Assembly (NCBI GenBank): GCA_964016885.1
Contig: OZ024751.1
Location: forward strand, 15,872,001-15,936,000
Direction of reading: 5' to 3'
From: Eledone cirrhosa
Taxonomy: Eukaryota
Length of the DNA: 64,000 nt
Positions 57,752 to 64,000 of the stretch are shown here, one piece after another. The notes beneath the pieces were generated by a model. That model was not told the DNA's origin and did no database searches. It was given only the letters and a program-made list of their open reading frames with translations. The position numbers and the translations under genes are program-made. Position 1 is the first letter of the stretch. Each line of letters starts with the position of its first letter.

Positions 57752-57804
57752 TGCTACTGTACGTCTGTATACATATATGTATGTACGTATACATACTTAC
57801 ATTT
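57473..57804. repeat. Low-complexity fold-back inverted repeat
   Basis: aaatgtaagtatgt..cagacgtacagtagcatgc..gtacgtatcagt is mirrored; relative at 47750-47840. Confidence 0.75.
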
Positions 57805-57821
57805 ATATATATATATATATA

Positions 57822-58500
57822 TAGTTATTGCTTGCACCAACCTGAGGTATCTGATTTTTAATGCAATGAAATACCAATGATGGTTGGAAAATCACTGACG
57901 AAGGACTATTTTCATCATATGTAACCCATGTGCAAACCACGCAGTATTCTTCTTTCTTCTCATGTTTTTTATATATATTTACCTCGGCTGCGTTTGTCTG
58001 TTTCTCTCTTACTGCTTCCCCGCTCTCTCTGTTTCTCTCACCTTCTTTCGCCCCCTCTGTCAGTTTCACTTTCTCTCGACTGACCTCTTCCTCACACTTC
58101 CACTCACTCACTCTCTGTTTCTCCCCTTCTCACTTCCTCCCGTTTGGCTTGTAGTGGGTCTCTTCTTCCTCACATCTCACACACATCAACACGGTCTGTA
58201 CCACTCTCGCTCATGAAATCCACCCAGCTTATGCTGACCGGACAACCATGTTGCTTGTTTATTTTCCTATCTTCGGTTTGCTTTTATCCTTCTATGTTGT
58301 TTACTTGTCCCCCTCGCCTTACGCGAATTCTGGTCCCAATAACTTTCTTTAGTTATTGCTTGCACCAACCTGAGGTATCTGATTTTTAATGCAATGAAAT
58401 ACCAATGATGGTTGGAAAATCACTGACGAAGGACTATTTTTATCATATGTAACCCATGTGCAAACCACGCAGTATTCTTCTTTCTTCTCATGTTTTTTAT
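57822..58500. mobile_element. (TA)n-flanked element with ~155-bp direct terminal repeats (period 528)
   Basis: 57822-57975 matches 58350-58500; third copy at 63227-63390. Confidence 0.8.
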
Positions 58501-58647
58501 ATATATATATAGTAATAATAATAATAATAATAATAGTAATAATAATAATAATAGTAATAGTAAATAGTAATAAGTTTGAAGACTAAAATCCAAAGAGGGC
58601 TCGATAAGGATAAATATATATCAAATATATAAGAACCGTAGAGCAAA

Positions 58648-61450
58648 TATTTATTAAAATAACAGATTAAAGTTTAAGCAAAGAATCGCTGCTTTCACCC
58701 TTAACGGGATCTTCTGAAACTAACAAAGTCAATCTGTAAACGCAGAAGTGGATATTTCAAAAAACGTTGCAACCGGAGGAAGACAGGAAGACGATACTTT
58801 GGTTCGTGGAAACGTTCCCTGGCAAAGAACGGGAAAAAACGAATATAATACGTCATTAATAGGAGCGGTGAAAAACAATTACACGCAAAGACAGAACCAC
58901 GTTTATGGTATAAAAGAAGTCGTAGACTAATGTTCTCTTAGGTGGTTCATAGAGACGTTCTCTGGCAATGAACGAAAAAAAAAACGAAAATAATACGTCA
59001 TATGTGGAGCGTGGAGAACAATTGCACGCAAAGACAAAACCACGTAAATGGTATAGCTGAAGTCGTAGACTAAAATTCTAACTAGGAAACCGAATGAATC
59101 TCCGCTTCAGAGTTAAGAATAAAGTAAATAAAATACAATACAGAAGTAATAGAAAATAAATAAATACATACACGCATGCAAATACGTACATACACAAGCA
59201 TACGCGAAAACACTTGCCATAGGTATACAAAACCGCGCACATATAAATATGTGTGTGTGTGTGTGCGTGTATACAAATAAATAAATAATTAAATAAACGT
59301 ATATAAATAAATAAATACGTATATAACAAGCGCACACACATACCTACATGTAAATACACAAATGTTCGGAGGCGACGTCAACCAAAACATGAAGTACACA
59401 ATACACACACCCTACATACGTACGAACCTCCATACTCACACAGACGCAAAACTCCTGTATATGCATAACCAAACCAAATGTACCAGAATATATAAAATAA
59501 TTATACGCCATAACATATACAATCAAATATACATACGAGAAAGTATACGTTCCTTCACAAAACATACAGGTAATATATACTTACCTATGCAAATAAGTAA
59601 TGGTATAAACATAACATATACTTAGCTACCATATCAAGACGTAAAATATCCACGTATAGATCGTTCTATCCGTTAGGGTATAATGTGGGGCTGTAATACA
59701 GGAAGGTTTTGTGAAATTTATGTTTACAAGCCGAAATTGCCTCAGATTTTTTGTTTAAGATGTGGTCTGTGGCGTAGAGTATTTCCAGGGCCTCAGCGGC
59801 GCAGAGGTCACATGGTCTTTTATTACCGTTATACGATCTAGCCCTAGATAGGATCTCCCAGTGTAACTTATATTGGGTGTGGTTGTCTTTTAGACTCCAG
59901 ATATAAGCTGAAAGTGACGTCATATTCCTTCTTAGAGGGTAACGAAAAGAATGGGTATGCATGTAAAGACGTTGCTTGAATCTATTGGAGGTTAACCCTA
60001 TGTAGGCCCCACGGGACGTGGATGTTTCAACCTTACATTTGTAGACAATGTTACTAGAGAGGCATTTCCCGGATAGGGGCAATCAATCCGATTCCTACAA
60101 TTACAGTTAGTACTAACTACAGGGTTGCACGTGTTCCTACGGCTAGGTAGTTTAGCTAAATTTGAAGTAGTGATGTTATGTGCAAGGTTAGGAGTCGTAG
60201 AGTAAGACATTTTAAGAGTATTTCTATTAAAAATTTTACTATATTTATGTGTAGGGGAAAATGCTTCGTAATAAGGGAAAGAAAGATCTTAGCTAATGTG
60301 GCCACCTCCATATTATATGGTGGGTTATACCAACAAATGCGACGGGATCTATTTCTTCTAGGTATATTATCGTACTCTGTATATGCTACCTTATCGACAA
60401 ATCCACTCCGAGCAAGAGCTTCATTGTAATAAGTGGAATGGTCGTTGAAAATATGCTCGTTAGTAGATAGACGAGAAAGCCTCAACGAAACGTTTCTTAC
60501 CAGGTTCTTGGTTATGCTGGCAGGATGGTTGGAATGCTTACTTATGTAATTAAGCGTATCATTCGGCTTTCTATACAGGTAATACAACCCATTCGATAAA
60601 TTGAGGTTAACGTCGAGGTAATTAACGACCGAGAGATTGGTCTCAACCTGTATAGAGAGGTTGAAGCCTTTAAAGAAGGCTGTGAGTTCTTTTTTGAACC
60701 TGTCGCAAGCACGAGGTCCGCATTTAGTCATGGTCAAAAGACCATCATCACGGTACAAACCACCGCCCGCGTAGGGGAATTCGTCCTTGATAGAGAAAAG
60801 AAGGAAAAGGCCGATAAGATCAGTAACCTTCGCAGAATCGCTAGCGCCCATACTCACGTAGAATGGGGTACTATTGGATTTTTTAATCCAAATAGAGTCG
60901 TCGAAATTAATCACCGACTTACGGGGATTGAGGATGACATCAACTTCGAAATCCTTAACCACTGTGAGTGTTTTAGCGAAATTGATAGCTCTAAGGAGAA
61001 GTGGTAAAGTGATGGAGGAGTAGTAATTGTTGATGTCGAATTGGATAAAACGGCAATGTTCCTTGTTGCATATGCCGTTGAACCAATCAATCACCGCGAA
61101 AGAATTGTTCCACAGTGCAAACTTCTAATTTCAAGTATAATTCTATCAAGAATCCTTTTACTAAGTCTACCTAAATCGGACTTCGTAGGGTTAATAAGCC
61201 GAATAGAGGGGTTGTTCGGAAAATTGGATTTGTGATCCTTCAGGGTAAAGCGGGGAGGAATAGGGTCCAGAGGTTTGGTCCGGTCCAGGATGTTGAGATC
61301 AGTGGTGATTTTAAACCCAACATCGTTGATTTCATTGATGACGCACGGATTAGTTTTACGGTAATCCTTAGTTACAGCATTATGTAGTAGTTGATGGTAA
61401 ATACTGCGCTCCACTTGATATAGGTTGCCAGTTTTGTCGGAATGGACGTG
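58648..61450 (-). mobile_element. Penelope-like retroelement (RT plus GIY-YIG), 5'-truncated and frameshifted, with 3' UTR and terminal HHR
   Basis: LKDHK..RLINP; FIQFDINNYYSSI; SMGA; YRDDGL; NYLDV; YRKP; SNHP; WYNPPY; CNCR..CP..GKCL..IVYKC..YIGLT..FKQR..H..SF; CDLC..E..LNKKSE. Confidence 0.92.
58671..58721 (-). ncRNA. Hammerhead with U4A core at the PLE 3' end
   Basis: AGUUU-CAGAAGA-UCCC(GUUAA)GGGU-GAAA-GCA(GCGAUUCUU)UGC-UU|AAACU. Confidence 0.72.
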
Positions 61451-61479
61451 CATATATATATATATACAAATATATATAT

Positions 61480-61677
61480 AACGAAGGAGGTGGGGTAAGC
61501 AACCAGATGGACCATAACACACCAGAGTACTCACTAGTTAGGGTAGTAGAGTGGGTAATAGGAAAATGTTAGACCCCGACGGCAGAGCTCAAGCCGTTTC
61601 GACGGCTATTTCTGGACTTCTGAAATAGCCGTCGAAACGGCTTGAGCTCTGCCGCCGGGGTCTAACATTTTCCTATT
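61480..61677. mobile_element. Fold-back copy of the U3-A8 HHR family (3' half of the ribozyme only)
   Basis: Palindrome 61557-61677 centred at ~61617; GAAA-CGGC..GCCG-UC|GGGGU. Confidence 0.78.
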
Positions 61678-61687
61678 TCTCTCTCTC

Positions 61688-61747
<60 letters not shown>

Positions 61748-62283
61748 GAGAGACGAAGTGGGAAAAAGATACAGAAGAAGGATCGACCTCAGTACTAGAC
61801 TGGTACTTTTTTGTCGACCTCGAAAGGACGAAAGGTAAAGTTGACCTCAGCAGGACTGGAATTCAAGGAGTAGAGAGATGAATCAAATGCCGCAAAACAT
61901 ACTAGCCGATGTTCTAACAACTCTGCCAATTCACCGCTTAAAGGAGACAGTTTAACAACCAATAATCAAGAGTCGTGTTGTATTTTCCTCTCTCTACTCT
62001 ACAACACAGTTGTTCCCTTATTGAATAAAAAAAGCCCCACCAACTTACTGTTAAAACGTAGTGTAACAAGTGGTGGTACTATATGACTGAAGAGTGGGTT
62101 ATTATGTTGCGGTTTTAAACATAAATCCACCAACTTGAAGTGATATTTCTCATGTATTCAACTTGATGAAAGATTCCCAATACGGCCAGTAGATAGAAAC
62201 TATAAATAACTTAGCTGTGATGTCTTCATTTTATTATTCACTTCACTATAATAAAGTCTTTCCAACTTTCTAAACATGATTTA

Positions 62284-62348
<65 letters not shown>

Positions 62349-63135
62349 TCATCCATTCATTCACATATCCCCAATATCTCTTTACTCTGTCACTCATCAT
62401 GTTAAATTATATTGGTAAATCTTAACACCATATTCACTCGTTACAGAAACATACATAAAATATAAATAAATAGAAAAGAATAGAAATAGATACAGAGAAA
62501 ACGTATTGGGTGTATTATTTTTCTTACGTAATACATGTTTCAATCAGGAATTGCTGCGTTCATTTGAGTTAGATATTTGTTTGCGTTATATAAGAAAACA
62601 CTATATCTATCAAATCCGACATTTTGTCATAATATATTCCATCATATTCTACATTAATGTGTTTTTCAAAATGGAGTTTTTATCTCCAAATATTTCTGAT
62701 ACATACGTATGTTACTTTCTACTGTCTTTTACGTAACTTCTCTGTCATTTTCATTTTAATCCACTGAAAATCTTCGATTAAAACTGGAGGATGTAAAAAG
62801 ATTATGTATTATTCTCTACGTATTTTGGTAACTATTTAAAAGTTTTACCTGATAGTTGTGTAAGTTTATATATAAAACTGTTTGCCTTGGGCCAGCTCGT
62901 ATAGATAATCCGATAGGATGACTAAATGCATGCCAGACTTCATCATCAAATCATACAAGATAGGATATTTATAGCATACCACATCTATAACTCGTTTATA
63001 AATTCACCAAAGGTTGTACATTATATCTTCTCTTTTGAGACATTAGGATGAGAATCAAGGGATATTTTATGTTCTAACAGGTTGACATACCACACAGAAA
63101 GAGGCAATACTTTATTATTTCCTCTTGTTTTGGCA

Positions 63136-63225
<90 letters not shown>

Positions 63226-63381
63226 TTTGTCCCAATAGCTTATTTTAGTTATTGCTCGCACCAACATGAGGTATATGATTTTTAATGCGATGAAATACCA
63301 ATGATGGTTGGCAAATCACTGACGAGGGACTAATTTTATATGTAACCCATGTGCAACCACGCAGTATTCCTCTTTCTTCCT

Positions 63382-63420
<39 letters not shown>

Positions 63421-63424
<4 letters not shown>

Positions 63425-63555
63425 AATATAAATCAATATATATGATGAAACACAGATACCAACATATCTTTGTTTATATTGCAAAAGGAATTAAGTTAGC
63501 TAACAAAGATATGTTGGTATCTGTGTTTCATCATATATATTGATTTATATTTATT
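63421..63555. repeat. Palindrome with ~53-bp arms next to (TA)n
   Basis: aataaatataaatcaat..catatctttgtt is mirrored by aacaaagatatg..attgatttatatttatt. Confidence 0.85.
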
Positions 63556-63630
63556 ACACGGCTCAGAAATATTCTTTTCTTTGAGCTATTTTCATTGTAA
63601 AGGAATGCTTGAGATTTGAACTCATTACAC

Positions 63631-63708
<78 letters not shown>

Positions 63709-63721
63709 GTATATATATATA

Positions 63722-63758
<37 letters not shown>

Positions 63759-63771
63759 GTATATATATATA

Positions 63772-63814
<43 letters not shown>

Positions 63815-63837
63815 GTATATATATATATATATATATA

Positions 63838-63882
<45 letters not shown>

Positions 63883-63893
63883 TCGTTACACTT

Positions 63894-63931
63894 CGAGCTG
63901 AGGATGCGCTAAGGTGAAACAATTGTTCCCG
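63894..63931 (+). ncRNA. Minimal hammerhead ribozyme, slightly decayed
   Basis: CGAG-CUGAGGA-UGCGCUAAGGU-GAAA-CAAUUG-UU|CCCG; palindromic stem III; directly after (TA)n. Confidence 0.7.
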
Positions 63932-64000
63932 GTATGGTGAACTAACTGTTGTGTAACCACTTCAACCTAACTCGTCCCATGGACTGAGTGCTCTATCACT

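Noticed and set aside
61091-61534. N-terminus of the 147-aa ORF as the PLE start
   Set aside because: The first ~29 codons come from an adjacent element and (TA)n; PLE homology begins at about HSDKTGNLY, so the element is 5'-truncated.

Overview
This is eukaryotic, very AT-rich, repeat-dense non-coding DNA. The SINE families and (TA)n density suggest an octopod cephalopod genome, an inference from remembered repeat sequences rather than a search. No host gene exon is supported, and most long ORFs are microsatellite artefacts. Mobile elements include two decayed Penelope-like elements (PLEs; GIY-YIG in both, RT core in one), RTE and R4/Dong-like LINE fragments, four Helitrons, a Tc1/mariner-type MITE, a probable solo LTR and many SINEs. 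There are also several satellites, including a 99-bp array derived from RTE coding sequence. The main hidden signal is about 13 different sequence families (about 20 copies) of hand-folded type I hammerhead ribozymes (HHRs). They sit in short non-coding elements, mostly abutting (TA)n tracts and often arranged as fold-back inverted repeats. Two lie at the 3' ends of the PLE relics. Variant cores (U3-A8, U4A, U4C), very long stem II inserts and compensatory stem changes occur. This looks like a PLE-driven, microsatellite-associated population of ribozyme mini-elements (retrozyme-like). All folds were made by eye and no activity has been demonstrated.
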